Positions 35,472-44,559 of a stretch of DNA of 64,000 bases are shown in pieces (positions within the stretch are counted from its first letter, which is position 1; each line of letters opens with the position of its first letter). The notes under the pieces were generated by a model that saw only the letters and a program-made list of their open reading frames with translations, did not search any database and was not told the DNA's origin. The stretch covers positions 1-64,000 of the IMG/VR virus record IMGVR_UViG_3300037805_000644; one strand, given 5' to 3'. The position numbers and the translations under genes were made by a program.

Positions 35472-36572
35472 TCAGGGGTCCCCTTTGAGATCCACACTCA
35501 ACCCGTGGGCGCGGTATTCTGCAATGCAGGCCGCGTCAGCCTCAACACACGCGGCCTTACTGGCATTCATCTGAGCTAGGTAACTGCCAGTGGCCTTGGC
35601 GGCGTGTCCCGCAAGGCGGTGGCGATCCGTGATGCCCTCAGCCTGTGAGCGGACAAACAGGCCATCTAGGATTTCGATGCGCTGGATGAATTCGGGGAGG
35701 CGCCCCACCAGCTCTCGGGCTGCGGCGTTGCGCTCCTCGGAGGTGAACCGCACACCAACCATCCGGGCCGTGAGGTCACTGGCGTACTCCTCAATGCGGG
35801 TGATCCAGCCATGGAGGGTGTAGCTGAAATTGTCGAAATGCTCGTTGAGGGGGAGTTTCCGACCGTAATGGAACTCCCGCCATGCTGTGGCAGCCTCAGC
35901 CTCAGAGATTTCCGCCCGCACACCCTTGGCGAGCTGGCGGAGCCGTGCCTCCTCCACGATTCGGGCAGCATAGGTGTTCAGGGCACCTTCACCCACAGCT
36001 ACCTGAACCCGGTTGCGGAGAGCAGCGGTCAGCTTGGGTGCTTTCTGCTTGGCTCCCCTACACCCGTAACACACGGACCCATCGATGGAGTTGAAGGAAT
36101 AATGACCCGTCCCACCACAGCGGTTGCAGGTCACGCCAAAACCAAGGGCAACCAGCCGGACGCCGATGCGGGCTGTGCTCTCCACCGGACGGAGGCTGGG
36201 GTGGTTGAGGAGGTCAGAGAATTGGGCAGTGATGCTGGGTCGCGTGGCAGTCTTGCTCATATCCTCACTCCTCAGTGGCGGGCAGGTCCGGGAAAAAAAG
36301 GGGTGGAGTTCGTCCTCGGTGAAATCCGAGGCCAGGTACGTGGCATAGAGGGCTTTGCGGAACCTCTGATGCTCTTGGGCGGTGGGGCGTCCAAACAAGG
36401 GTTCAGCAGCCTCGATCAGGTCTTGCTCCCCATCCGTTTGAGGGAGAAAGTTCTCCTTGATGTACAGGAAACCTTTCCGGCGGATGATCGGGCCGAACCC
36501 CGGATGTGCGATGAAAGGGGTGGGCTTCGTGCCTTCCAAGGCCAGGAGAAGCCGTTCAGTCTGCTTGTTCAT
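35472..36572 (-). CDS. Hypothetical protein with DnaJ-type Zn finger
   Basis: CNRCGGTG..CYGCRG. Confidence 0.7.
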   Translation of the reverse strand: MNKQTERLLLALEGTKPTPFIAHPGFGPIIRRKGFLYIKENFLPQTDGEQDLIEAAEPLFGRPTAQEHQRFRKALYATYLASDFTEDELHPFFSRTCPPLRSEDMSKTATRPSITAQFSDLLNHPSLRPVESTARIGVRLVALGFGVTCNRCGGTGHYSFNSIDGSVCYGCRGAKQKAPKLTAALRNRVQVAVGEGALNTYAARIVEEARLRQLAKGVRAEISEAEAATAWREFHYGRKLPLNEHFDNFSYTLHGWITRIEEYASDLTARMVGVRFTSEERNAAARELVGRLPEFIQRIEILDGLFVRSQAEGITDRHRLAGHAAKATGSYLAQMNASKAACVEADAACIAEYRAHGLSVDLKGDP

Positions 36573-36603
36573 GGGGTCCTTTCGGGGTTCTCTCTCACCT
36601 CAC

Positions 36604-36629
36604 CTACTACCGAGACGTGAGGGGTTACC
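36604..36629 (-). promoter_or_regulatory. Recurrent promoter-like motif
   Basis: GGTAAC-N14-TAGTAG GTGAGGTG. Confidence 0.75.
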
Positions 36630-36634
36630 CCTTT

Positions 36635-37612
36635 TCACGGACTTTCGGGGCTCCAGCTCCAGTTGGCAGAGGGCACCGGGAGACTCTTACCAACCGCGTG
36701 GAGGTCATCCGCATAGGAGAGGCGGAGGTCGATGAGGGACCGGACACCTGCGTCGTGCGCCAGGGCCTGCCGGAACAGGGGCTTGATCTTCCGCCAGGTC
36801 TTGGAGACCTGGACCACCCCATTGTTGCGGTGGCGGTGCGCTTTCAGGCCCTCGCTGGGGTCAATGAGGCCAGCCGCAATGGCCCACCCCATACCGGGCA
36901 GGAGAAGCTTGCCTTCCCCGAGGGCACCTAACCAGGTGTGCATGATCTGGCGAGCCACCCGGGTGGTGTTGCGGTCGGGGAAACGCCGGTCAACGACACC
37001 CGCCAGGAGGTGGCGGAGCTTGAGGGCGATCTCAGAGCTGCCCACCATGCAGTCAATGAGGATCTGTGCGCTATCCTGGGTCGGGGCTGCGGCCTCTGGT
37101 CGGTTGCTCATGGGCCGCTCGCCCAGGCCGGAGGTGGAGATCTCGGCACCGCCTTTTTTCTTAATGACATTGAGGGCCATGCGGTGGACCCAGGTGCCCA
37201 GGGTGCCTCCGGCGAGGCGGCTGGGGGTCTCCACACCGCTGAGGATGTTCTCCCGAGCGAGGACACCTACCGCGTGGAAACGGTGCTTGCCTCGGGATCC
37301 ATTGGTGTTGATGCCAGCCAATGCCTGCTGGAGCAGATCCTCCCCGGACAGGAAGCGGATGCCCGCTCGGGAAAGGTCACCCTCCAGCCGGGCGAGGAGC
37401 ATCCCATACATCCCAGAGGACTTAGCGGAGATCCAGGCGGGGTGGGGGGTACCCTCCAGATGGCCTGCAACCCGGCGGAGTGCAGCGGGGGTGCAGGAGC
37501 GGGTCCAGGTGAAGGGCTCGACGTTAGCCACACCCTCAAGGACCAGGATTCGAGCTAGGATATCCATCTGCATGATTTCGGGGTCCTCCGAGTTGTGTTC
37601 GCCCCGAATCAT
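36635..37612 (-). CDS. Divergent ECF-like sigma factor (tentative)
   Basis: GEDLLQQ..GTWVHRMALNVIK resembles region 2; VSKTWRKIKPLFRQAL resembles region 4.2. Confidence 0.45.
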   Translation of the reverse strand: MIRGEHNSEDPEIMQMDILARILVLEGVANVEPFTWTRSCTPAALRRVAGHLEGTPHPAWISAKSSGMYGMLLARLEGDLSRAGIRFLSGEDLLQQALAGINTNGSRGKHRFHAVGVLARENILSGVETPSRLAGGTLGTWVHRMALNVIKKKGGAEISTSGLGERPMSNRPEAAAPTQDSAQILIDCMVGSSEIALKLRHLLAGVVDRRFPDRNTTRVARQIMHTWLGALGEGKLLLPGMGWAIAAGLIDPSEGLKAHRHRNNGVVQVSKTWRKIKPLFRQALAHDAGVRSLIDLRLSYADDLHAVGKSLPVPSANWSWSPESP

Positions 37613-37640
37613 GGGGGGTAAGCTGGTGTGCGGTCAAGTC

Positions 37641-37664
37641 AAAGTTTCAAAGTTTCAAAGTTTG
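37641..37664 (+). repeat. 8-bp direct repeat x3
   Basis: AAAGTTTC AAAGTTTC AAAGTTTG upstream of the sigma-like gene. Confidence 0.75.
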
Positions 37665-37666
37665 AT

Positions 37667-37942
37667 TTACAGGGGCTCGGTCGAGGCGCACTTGGTACAA
37701 AGGGGTCCCTGAGCAGCCTCAAAATACACACACCGGGAGCACAGTCGGGGCACCTGGCCCCCCAGCTCGGTTTCGGCGTCCTTGCGCTGTTTCTCAAGAG
37801 AGGCCAGAAGCTCGTCCCCTCCTCCGCAGCACCAGTCACACCCGCTCAACTCCCGGTGCAGCTCCGCGATACCTCGAACCGCTTTCAGGTACTTGCGGAG
37901 GTTCGTCATCTGAGCTGGCATTTTCAGTTGTTCCCCGTCCAA
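37667..37942 (-). CDS. Small Zn-finger protein
   Basis: CDWCCGGG, CSRC, CTKC. Confidence 0.6.
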   Translation of the reverse strand: MDGEQLKMPAQMTNLRKYLKAVRGIAELHRELSGCDWCCGGGDELLASLEKQRKDAETELGGQVPRLCSRCVYFEAAQGPLCTKCASTEPL

Positions 37943-38298
37943 CGGTTGTGGGGGTTGCTCGTGAACCCCCGGACATCATGCTCGAAATCCCGACGAGCGA
38001 GGGTGAACCCCCAGCTTTCCAGCATCGCCTTGACCTCAGAGAGCAGGCAGCCCATTCGGAAATACACACACTGGAGTTCCTGGTGGGTGAACTCCTCCCG
38101 AGTTTCGGCGATGAGTTCCGCCGCGAAAGTGTCCACACTCTTGTATTCAGGATCGTAAGGGTCAAGATATCCGAAACGCCAGTCCGATTCCCGCTCGGGA
38201 ACCGCCTCCTGTTTGCGAACAGCTCTCTTGTCCGCTTTGCGGGCAATCTTGTCATCCTCACGCCCCTGGTCAAACGGGATATATCCGACGCGGGCCAT
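37924..38298 (-). CDS. Hypothetical protein
   Basis: AGGAG SD; VRGFTSNPHNRW. Confidence 0.7.
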   Translation of the reverse strand: MARVGYIPFDQGREDDKIARKADKRAVRKQEAVPERESDWRFGYLDPYDPEYKSVDTFAAELIAETREEFTHQELQCVYFRMGCLLSEVKAMLESWGFTLARRDFEHDVRGFTSNPHNRWTGNN

Positions 38299-38357
38299 GG
38301 GTGGTTCTCCTGGTTTGTTCTCACTGAGGGGCGCGGGTGCGGTTCAAAACTTCGGCA

Positions 38358-38489
38358 CTAGCCCTTGAGGCCGTCGGTGTACCCCTTGACGTACCAACGG
38401 TAATCCTCGGAGCCGGGCGAGTAAGGGTTGGTGGAGGGGCGGCCGGACTTGGCGTCCTTGTAACCTTTTTCCCAGGCAGTACGGATCAT
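38358..38489 (-). CDS. 43-aa Rmf-like protein (absent from ORF track)
   Basis: MIRTAWEKGYKDAKSGRPSTNPYSPGSEDYRWYVKGYTDGLKG; AAGGAG SD, ATGA overlap. Confidence 0.65.
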   Translation of the reverse strand: MIRTAWEKGYKDAKSGRPSTNPYSPGSEDYRWYVKGYTDGLKG

Positions 38490-38776
38490 GATGTCTCCTT
38501 GAGGGCTTTCACAGCCGCCAGCATCTTTCGGGCAGTCTGTGCGAGGGTCTGTGCAGGGTTGTCCGAATCCAGGATCATTTCAAGGGCAGCATCGCTGCCG
38601 TCGTAATAAAGCGATCCGACGGAATCCTTGTAGACGAAATCCTTGTAGACGACGGTCCACTCCTCACAGCGTATGTTGATCAGGCCCGGGGGTGCTGAGA
38701 CCGCCGGACGTTCGGTTACCCAGGGTCCCGGGATGCCCGCCTCAGCCAGGATGCGTTCGATATCAGCGCGGTCCAC
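38486..38776 (-). CDS. Hypothetical protein
   Basis: Overlapping operon packing. Confidence 0.55.
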   Translation of the reverse strand: MDRADIERILAEAGIPGPWVTERPAVSAPPGLINIRCEEWTVVYKDFVYKDSVGSLYYDGSDAALEMILDSDNPAQTLAQTARKMLAAVKALKETS

Positions 38777-38993
38777 CAGCCTTGTCCACGTCGTCGAGCC
38801 AGCGGGACAGGGAAAGGTCGTTACCGACGACCCAGCCTCTGCTTGTCTTGATGGCGTGTTCTTGGGTCCAGGCAGGCTTACTGCCTTTCCGGGTCCAGAT
38901 GTTGGCAGGTGCCGGCATGAAAATGGTGGCGATGGTCCGTTTCAGGGACAACATAACGGTGATGTCCCCGTAAGTCTGGCTGAGCAGGAGCAT
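38763..38993 (-). CDS. Hypothetical protein
   Basis: TGATG coupling. Confidence 0.5.
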   Translation of the reverse strand: MLLLSQTYGDITVMLSLKRTIATIFMPAPANIWTRKGSKPAWTQEHAIKTSRGWVVGNDLSLSRWLDDVDKAGGPR

Positions 38994-39244
38994 CAGGCGC
39001 CCCCTGCCACGATGGTGAGGAGGGTGCCGCTGATTCGGGTGTCCTCACCACAGGTGAAGCTGATGTCCTCGACAGCAAAACCAGCGACCCCGTTGATGGA
39101 GCCCGGAGCGCGCCGGAGGGGGCCCTTCACCACAGCCGTGAGACCCGTGCTGAGCGGGTTGGGGCCCTCGATGTTGATGGACAGGACTACGACCTCCCCA
39201 CAAAGAGCATCAAGATGGTCGAAAGTGGCGCGTTCCATGGGCAT
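38993..39244 (-). CDS. Hypothetical protein
   Basis: GAGGAGGT SD downstream of the promoter motif. Confidence 0.65.
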   Translation of the reverse strand: MPMERATFDHLDALCGEVVVLSINIEGPNPLSTGLTAVVKGPLRRAPGSINGVAGFAVEDISFTCGEDTRISGTLLTIVAGGA

Positions 39245-39268
39245 CGGTTACCTCCTCGTTCACCCCAC

Positions 39269-39294
39269 CTACTATCAAGGTGGCGAAAGTTACC
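39269..39294 (-). promoter_or_regulatory. Recurrent promoter-like motif
   Basis: GGTAAC-N14-TAGTAG. Confidence 0.75.
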
Positions 39295-39584
39295 TAGTTT
39301 TTCAGATTGTGCGACGGAGGGGCGTGCTTGAGGTGAAGGGCGCTGCCCACAGGCAGAACCATCGTGCAGTGCTGGGCCGCTGCCCGCATCCAGAAGACGG
39401 TGTGACCGCCTTCCTCAGGGCGAGTGCTCTTCACCCGCCCGAGCATCGGCTTGAGGGTGCGCCGCAAGAATTTCTTCACGTCCTCACTGGAGGTGATGTC
39501 CCCCTCGAACTCGAAAGGGCCGCTGGTGTCCGCCTCAGGGTTTTGGCTGACGCGGTGAATGTGTCGAAGATAAACCTGGGTCAT
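39294..39584 (-). CDS. Hypothetical protein
   Basis: Start reassigned to MTQVYL. Confidence 0.55.
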   Translation of the reverse strand: MTQVYLRHIHRVSQNPEADTSGPFEFEGDITSSEDVKKFLRRTLKPMLGRVKSTRPEEGGHTVFWMRAAAQHCTMVLPVGSALHLKHAPPSHNLKN

Positions 39585-39619
39585 ATCATTCTCGCTTTGC
39601 TTGTGATTGGAGGGTAACC

Positions 39620-39943
39620 TCAGCCTTGAGTGCTCTCGGCCGTGCGAGCCTTGCGGAAAGTCACGGTGGCGGTGTACAGGACAGCTCGCTGTTCGCGGGT
39701 CAGGGGGTACAGGAGGCCGGCGCGGGAGACTCGGCGGTAATCCGCCCAGCAAGTCACCCCCTTGCGGACCATGAGCGCATCATCCTGCCCGACCAGGGCT
39801 CGGAGGTTGTTGGCGGTGCAGTTGGGGATTTCACCTTTCCCGACCATGCCTCGGAGGGTCCGCACCGCCACATCGTTGAGTTCTCCGATGGTCTGGGCAT
39901 CGTTTGCGGCGTCGGCGGCGAGGGCCATCTCGTAAGGCTTCAT
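39620..39943 (-). CDS. Hypothetical protein
   Basis: GGGAG SD downstream of the promoter motif. Confidence 0.65.
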   Translation of the reverse strand: MKPYEMALAADAANDAQTIGELNDVAVRTLRGMVGKGEIPNCTANNLRALVGQDDALMVRKGVTCWADYRRVSRAGLLYPLTREQRAVLYTATVTFRKARTAESTQG

Positions 39944-39970
39944 GGTTTCTCCCTTTGTGTCTCACCTCCC

Positions 39971-39996
39971 CTACTACCGAGGAGGCGGGAGTTACC
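39971..39996 (-). promoter_or_regulatory. Recurrent promoter-like motif
   Basis: GGTAAC-N14-TAGTAG. Confidence 0.75.
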
Positions 39997-40615
39997 CTCT
40001 TTTCTTGAGTGAGTTCGAGATATCCCGCTCCAAGGCGATCTGAGCCCGCACGACATCATCGTCCAGTTTGTTGGTGGACTGAGGGTGGGTGCCGACGGTG
40101 GATTCGATGATCTCCCCATCTGCATACTGGGTCTCGAAGTGTGTGCAGAGTTTATCCCTCTCCACCCGAATGATCGCCCAGAAGAGCCCTAGCACCTGTG
40201 CCTTATACTGCACCTGTGCGTCTTTGGTGATGTCATACTTCCAGCAGTAACGCGTGCTCGCCGTCAGCGCCCCTTCGCCCATGAAGGTTTCGGCAGCAGC
40301 CACCAGCAGACCAGATATCGTTCTGCTGTGGACGCGGGTGCCGAGGATGAGGAGGGTGTAGGTGGTGTGACCACTGTGTGACAGCTCACTCGTGACGTGC
40401 AAGGCGTGGACGCCCACGCCTTTCTTGGCAGCAGGGACCCAAGCCTCTTTATCGGACTCAGCCTCATCCTCGGGTCGGTGGAACACCACCGGGAACCAGC
40501 CCTTGTCCAGCCCCAGCTCGCGGGCCAGTGCCAAGGATTTCTTCTGTGCGTCACGCTCGGTTCGGGTGACAGTGCCGAGGCTGAGGTACCGGCCACCGAG
40601 ATCTTCGATGCTCAT
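39992..40615 (-). CDS. Hypothetical protein
   Basis: AAGGA SD before MSIEDL. Confidence 0.65.
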   Translation of the reverse strand: MSIEDLGGRYLSLGTVTRTERDAQKKSLALARELGLDKGWFPVVFHRPEDEAESDKEAWVPAAKKGVGVHALHVTSELSHSGHTTYTLLILGTRVHSRTISGLLVAAAETFMGEGALTASTRYCWKYDITKDAQVQYKAQVLGLFWAIIRVERDKLCTHFETQYADGEIIESTVGTHPQSTNKLDDDVVRAQIALERDISNSLKKRG

Positions 40616-40654
40616 GGTGATTTCCTTTGGCAGAGTAAGGGGCAGCCCCAAGCC

Positions 40655-40897
40655 CTAACGGACGCTGAGGTAGTAGCCCTGGTAGGTTTCGGAGTACCCG
40701 ATGTTGACGTTCTTGCCCTCGCGGTAATTGTAATGTGCCTTGAGCTGAGCCCACTCGGTAGAGAACACGGCAACCCAGCCCCCGCCCTTGGCCTCTTCGT
40801 ACCCCACAGCGTGGATGACGTGCCCGTCAGTCTCAGAGACCTGTTTGTTCAACGTGGCGGTGATCTTGCGCTCGAACTCGGGGGTGTTCAGATCCAT
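40655..40897 (-). CDS. Hypothetical protein
   Basis: AAGGA SD downstream of the promoter motif. Confidence 0.65.
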   Translation of the reverse strand: MDLNTPEFERKITATLNKQVSETDGHVIHAVGYEEAKGGGWVAVFSTEWAQLKAHYNYREGKNVNIGYSETYQGYYLSVR

Positions 40898-40933
40898 GGG
40901 ACTTCCTTTCGCGGGGGTTCTCTCTCACCTCCC

Positions 40934-40959
40934 CTACTACCGAGATCCCTGGAGTTACC
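40934..40959 (-). promoter_or_regulatory. Recurrent promoter-like motif
   Basis: GGTAAC-N14-TAGTAG. Confidence 0.75.
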
Positions 40960-41069
40960 CCTTTTTTGTCTTTCTCAGGTAACCCCGCAAGGTGTACCAG
41001 GGGCCCGGCAGGTACTCATTGGAGAACCCCAGCGAGTGCGCCTGGTGGTTGTCTACGCGAAGCCGGGGG

Positions 41070-41669
41070 TCAGAGCACAGAGCTGAGCAAGGGCTGCATC
41101 AGGTCTGGATTCTTGAACCAGCCGGGCTCGGTGACAACGGCCCCTTGGAGTGCCTGGTAAATGTAAACGAGGGTCTTTCCCTCTAGCCCATCGTGCCTCT
41201 TGAGGATGCGGGCCATTGGCCTCTTGTGCCTCTCTGCTGCCTTCATCAGGTCTGCCTTGAGACCCGCCACCAAAACGCCCTGTGCCCAGAGGGACATTCG
41301 AGAAATCACCTGGTCTACCTGATCCTCCAGCTCTGCGGGGATCTTCTGAAACCCGAGGTTGTAAGCGGGAACTCGGTCCGACCGGACCATCAGGTCTCTG
41401 GCCAAGATGAGCGCACGCCGGGCAGTCCCGGACAGGTTCCAGGTCCGGGACTGCTCCACTAGCACCCAGAACACGTATTGCAACGACTCGGGCGGTAGCC
41501 CTGCCTTATTGGATTCCGTGATGACCTGATGTCCGAAATCCTTGCCCTTGCCAAGGGCTGCGGTCTCCCACTCGGAGAGGATCTTCTGGAGGATTTCGTT
41601 CTCGGGTGCCCCAGAGGAATGCGGCTGGCCTGAGATGTTCTCCCAAAACCGGGTCAGGAAATTACTCAT
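41070..41669 (-). CDS. Hypothetical protein
   Basis: ATGA overlap; 199 aa. Confidence 0.65.
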   Translation of the reverse strand: MSNFLTRFWENISGQPHSSGAPENEILQKILSEWETAALGKGKDFGHQVITESNKAGLPPESLQYVFWVLVEQSRTWNLSGTARRALILARDLMVRSDRVPAYNLGFQKIPAELEDQVDQVISRMSLWAQGVLVAGLKADLMKAAERHKRPMARILKRHDGLEGKTLVYIYQALQGAVVTEPGWFKNPDLMQPLLSSVL

Positions 41670-42412
41670 GCGGGATCTCCGATGTCCACGACCACCCGGC
41701 CCGGACCTGTCACGGTAAGCAGAGCACCGTGTGGTTGATGTTTGACCTGGACGCTGCCTGCTGCCTGGACCACCACCTGACGACCATGGATATACACCTG
41801 GCCTCGGCCCACCACACCTCCAGGGGCTTTGGAGGTGTGCATCCCCTGGAGCTGGAGCGCCGTCTGAGCCAGGGAGCTTCGGCCGAGAGCAAGGGTTTGG
41901 ATCTGAGAGGTGGTTCGAGGTCCGATTACCCCATCCACAGGGCCAGGGTTTCGACCCACCCGGTGGAGCTGGGTTTGGACGAACTGCTCGGTGGTGCCGA
42001 GGCCCACGTCTGCCTGGGCAGCAGACTCAACGGAAGGCCAAGCCAGGTGGCCTCGACCCTCCGCCAGGAGGTTGTCTGCAACGACCTGCCAGTCCCCCAG
42101 GAAATGGAAGGTCCAGTTGGATGCCTCCCCCTCAGGGCCTGTCAGCACGGGCCACCGAGACCAGGGCGTGAACCCTAGAGGCACGGCGAACCCCCAAGCA
42201 GCATTGAGAGCTTGCTGGGGGGTCATATCCGAGCGCCGCAGCCGGAACTGGACCTCACGCCCGGCTGCGGCCATCAACGGGCGGTAAACACCCTTGATCA
42301 GCTCAAGGCGCCAACCGCCCTCCGCAGCTTTGGCCTCCAGCCCTCGAAGAGCCTTGGCCATGTCCGGGGTGGCGATGACGCCTCGATAGTTGAGGGTCCG
42401 GTTTCGTTCCAC
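41666..42412 (-). CDS. Peptidoglycan-binding-domain protein with degenerate M15 peptidase-like N-terminus
   Basis: VQTQLHRVGRNPGPVDGVIGPRT PG-binding motif. Confidence 0.6.
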   Translation of the reverse strand: MERNRTLNYRGVIATPDMAKALRGLEAKAAEGGWRLELIKGVYRPLMAAAGREVQFRLRRSDMTPQQALNAAWGFAVPLGFTPWSRWPVLTGPEGEASNWTFHFLGDWQVVADNLLAEGRGHLAWPSVESAAQADVGLGTTEQFVQTQLHRVGRNPGPVDGVIGPRTTSQIQTLALGRSSLAQTALQLQGMHTSKAPGGVVGRGQVYIHGRQVVVQAAGSVQVKHQPHGALLTVTGPGRVVVDIGDPA

Positions 42413-42423
42413 GTTTCCTGCTC

Positions 42424-42819
42424 CTACTTGACCATTAGGGATAGTTTCTCTACCGGAATGGGCTCACCATCTGCACCGAAGACCTTGATCCTTTTGCCCC
42501 ACTGGAGAGCTTTACGGATGCTGTCCCGGCTTCCGGGGCTCTGCTCATCCCAGAACGCCACGATCAGGTCAGCCTGGCGTATGAGGAAAGAGTTGCGGAG
42601 CATCCCCGCAGATCTGCCGTGGGTCTCCCAATCTGCGTTGAACACCTTGACGGACAAACCGCAGCTCTGAGCCTCTTCGGCCGCCCAGGTGTCAACACCC
42701 TTGGCGCCGCCAGAGATCACCTCGACGGAGACCAGGCGCTTGCCCAGCCTGCGGACAAAAGCACGCACCAAAAGGGGTAAGGGGTACTGACGAGACCCGA
42801 TGACCGCTACCTTGAGCAT
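42424..42819 (-). CDS. SLOG family (YspA/DUF2493-like) protein
   Basis: VIGSR, ISGGAKGVD, AGMLRN, AFWDEQSPGS. Confidence 0.85.
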   Translation of the reverse strand: MLKVAVIGSRQYPLPLLVRAFVRRLGKRLVSVEVISGGAKGVDTWAAEEAQSCGLSVKVFNADWETHGRSAGMLRNSFLIRQADLIVAFWDEQSPGSRDSIRKALQWGKRIKVFGADGEPIPVEKLSLMVK

Positions 42820-42828
42820 GTCTCTCCG

Positions 42829-43692
42829 TCAGGCCCCTTCAAGGGTCAGGTCACAGAGGCAGGTGGGGCACTCAACGCTACGCCCGTACCGCCAAGCGTG
42901 ATCGGAGGCCCACTCCGAGGTCTCCTTACACACCCCGCACAGGATAGCCTCTGTACCGCCCAGCACCAGCCTGCCGTCAAAGCGGTAATTGCCCTCCCGA
43001 GGGTACCCCAAGGGGTTGCACCGGAACTTGCAGTTGCCGATCTCGAACCCCATGGAGTCATGGGTGTGACCAAAAGCCCACCAAGCCGCCCGCTCCAGAA
43101 CCTCCAGGGGCATCTGACAGAGGAAAAACCGGTTGTAGGTCCCCATTGGGGGTTGGGCGTATCTCGGGTGAATCCCTGCGGCGTCCGGGATGTGGTGGGT
43201 GATGACAAAATCCCCCTCCCGCACCGTTTCCGCCAGGAATTCCATGCTCTCAGCACATGCCTGATAGTTCCAATTCCTGAACCCCTGGATGCACTTGAAA
43301 TCGGGAAGCCACCACTCATGCTCTTTGTTCGCGGTGCTGTCTGGGAACCAGAGGGTGCAGCCGACAAACCTCTGGCCCTTGAGGGTCACGGTGTCGTTTT
43401 CCAGGATGGTCAGCGTCGGGATGTCCCGCTTGATAGCCTCCAGGTGCCGCAACAGGTCCTGCTTGCAGGTGTGGTAATACTCGTGGTTGCCCAACACCAT
43501 CACGATGGGGACTTCCCCGTACCGCTGGGCCAGAAGGGAAAGCCCTCGGTGAAGGCTCCCGCCTCTCTTTATGCCGATGTCACCCGCGAGAACAAGAACA
43601 TCAACCCCCTCGGGGTCCAAGCTCCCCACGAAAGAGTGGCCCCCGTCCAGGTGATGCTCAAAATGAATGTCGCTGAGAACTTGAACCTGCAT
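42829..43692 (-). CDS. Calcineurin-like metallophosphoesterase
   Basis: SDIH, AGD, GNHE, THH, FGHTH, NPLGY; AAGGAGG SD at ATG 43692. Confidence 0.9.
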   Translation of the reverse strand: MQVQVLSDIHFEHHLDGGHSFVGSLDPEGVDVLVLAGDIGIKRGGSLHRGLSLLAQRYGEVPIVMVLGNHEYYHTCKQDLLRHLEAIKRDIPTLTILENDTVTLKGQRFVGCTLWFPDSTANKEHEWWLPDFKCIQGFRNWNYQACAESMEFLAETVREGDFVITHHIPDAAGIHPRYAQPPMGTYNRFFLCQMPLEVLERAAWWAFGHTHDSMGFEIGNCKFRCNPLGYPREGNYRFDGRLVLGGTEAILCGVCKETSEWASDHAWRYGRSVECPTCLCDLTLEGA

Positions 43693-43743
43693 AGGACCTC
43701 CTTGTCGGGGCAAGATACCCCACCAGGGGTGACAGGCAGGCTA

Positions 43744-44559
43744 CTAGCTTCCCAACTTTCCGCTCCCTGGGGCAGAGATCAGGTCCAGGATGTTGAAGCC
43801 CGGCTCCGTCCGTACTTTCCGGGGCTCTAGGGCCTTGGGCTTCTCGGGTTCGATCTCAGGTTCGATCTCAGGTTCGATCTCAGGTTCGATCTCGGGTTCG
43901 ATCTCGGGTTCGATCTCGGGTTCGATCTCGGGTTCGATCTCGGGTTCGATCTCGGGTTCGATCTCGGGTTCGATCTCGGGTTCGATCTCGGGTTCGATCT
44001 CGGGTTCGATCTCTCGATGCGCCTCATGGATATGCCCAAGGGGGACCAGGTAAGCTCTCGCCTCCGGTGCCCACTGGGGGTTATCCATCAGGAGGTGCCC
44101 GGGGACCGCCTGTTCGACCACCCGGGTTGTGGACCCCCCGCCAGGGGCCCAGAACTGAACGACATCACCTGGCCGAATGTCCTGAGCATCACCGAAATTG
44201 GGGTTGCCTCCAGGGGACTCCCAGAACCGGTAAATTTTCTTGAACTTGCTGGGCGTCTCCACAACAGGGACTGCCCGACTGGCCCGGGGTAAGGGTGGGT
44301 CCACAGCATCAACGGGTGCTTCCTGCGCAAGAGCAACCAACTTGCCATCGATCTGCTTGAACCAACCCGCCTCAGTCCCAATCCGCAAGACCTCAACCCA
44401 CTTTTTCTCTCCGATCCGGCGCCACCCCAGGTGACCCTTTGCCAGTGCTTTTGCCCAGGGCAAGGGTCGGGGCTTTCGCACAGTGGGGGTCTTAGCAAAG
44501 CGGGACTCGTCCAGCCCCTCAAAGACGGCCCGCGCCGCTGCTTGAAGATCCTCAGCCAT
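43744..44559 (-). CDS. Hypothetical protein with (EPEI)n repeat
   Basis: 271-aa ORF. Confidence 0.7.
   Translation of the reverse strand: MAEDLQAAARAVFEGLDESRFAKTPTVRKPRPLPWAKALAKGHLGWRRIGEKKWVEVLRIGTEAGWFKQIDGKLVALAQEAPVDAVDPPLPRASRAVPVVETPSKFKKIYRFWESPGGNPNFGDAQDIRPGDVVQFWAPGGGSTTRVVEQAVPGHLLMDNPQWAPEARAYLVPLGHIHEAHREIEPEIEPEIEPEIEPEIEPEIEPEIEPEIEPEIEPEIEPEIEPEIEPEIEPEIEPEKPKALEPRKVRTEPGFNILDLISAPGSGKLGS
43843..44010 (-). repeat. 12-bp tandem repeat x14
   Basis: ATCGAACC(C/T)GAG units encoding IEPE. Confidence 0.95.

Noticed and set aside
43843-44010. CRISPR array
   Set aside because: Contiguous 12-bp units with no spacers, in frame within a CDS; no cas genes recognised
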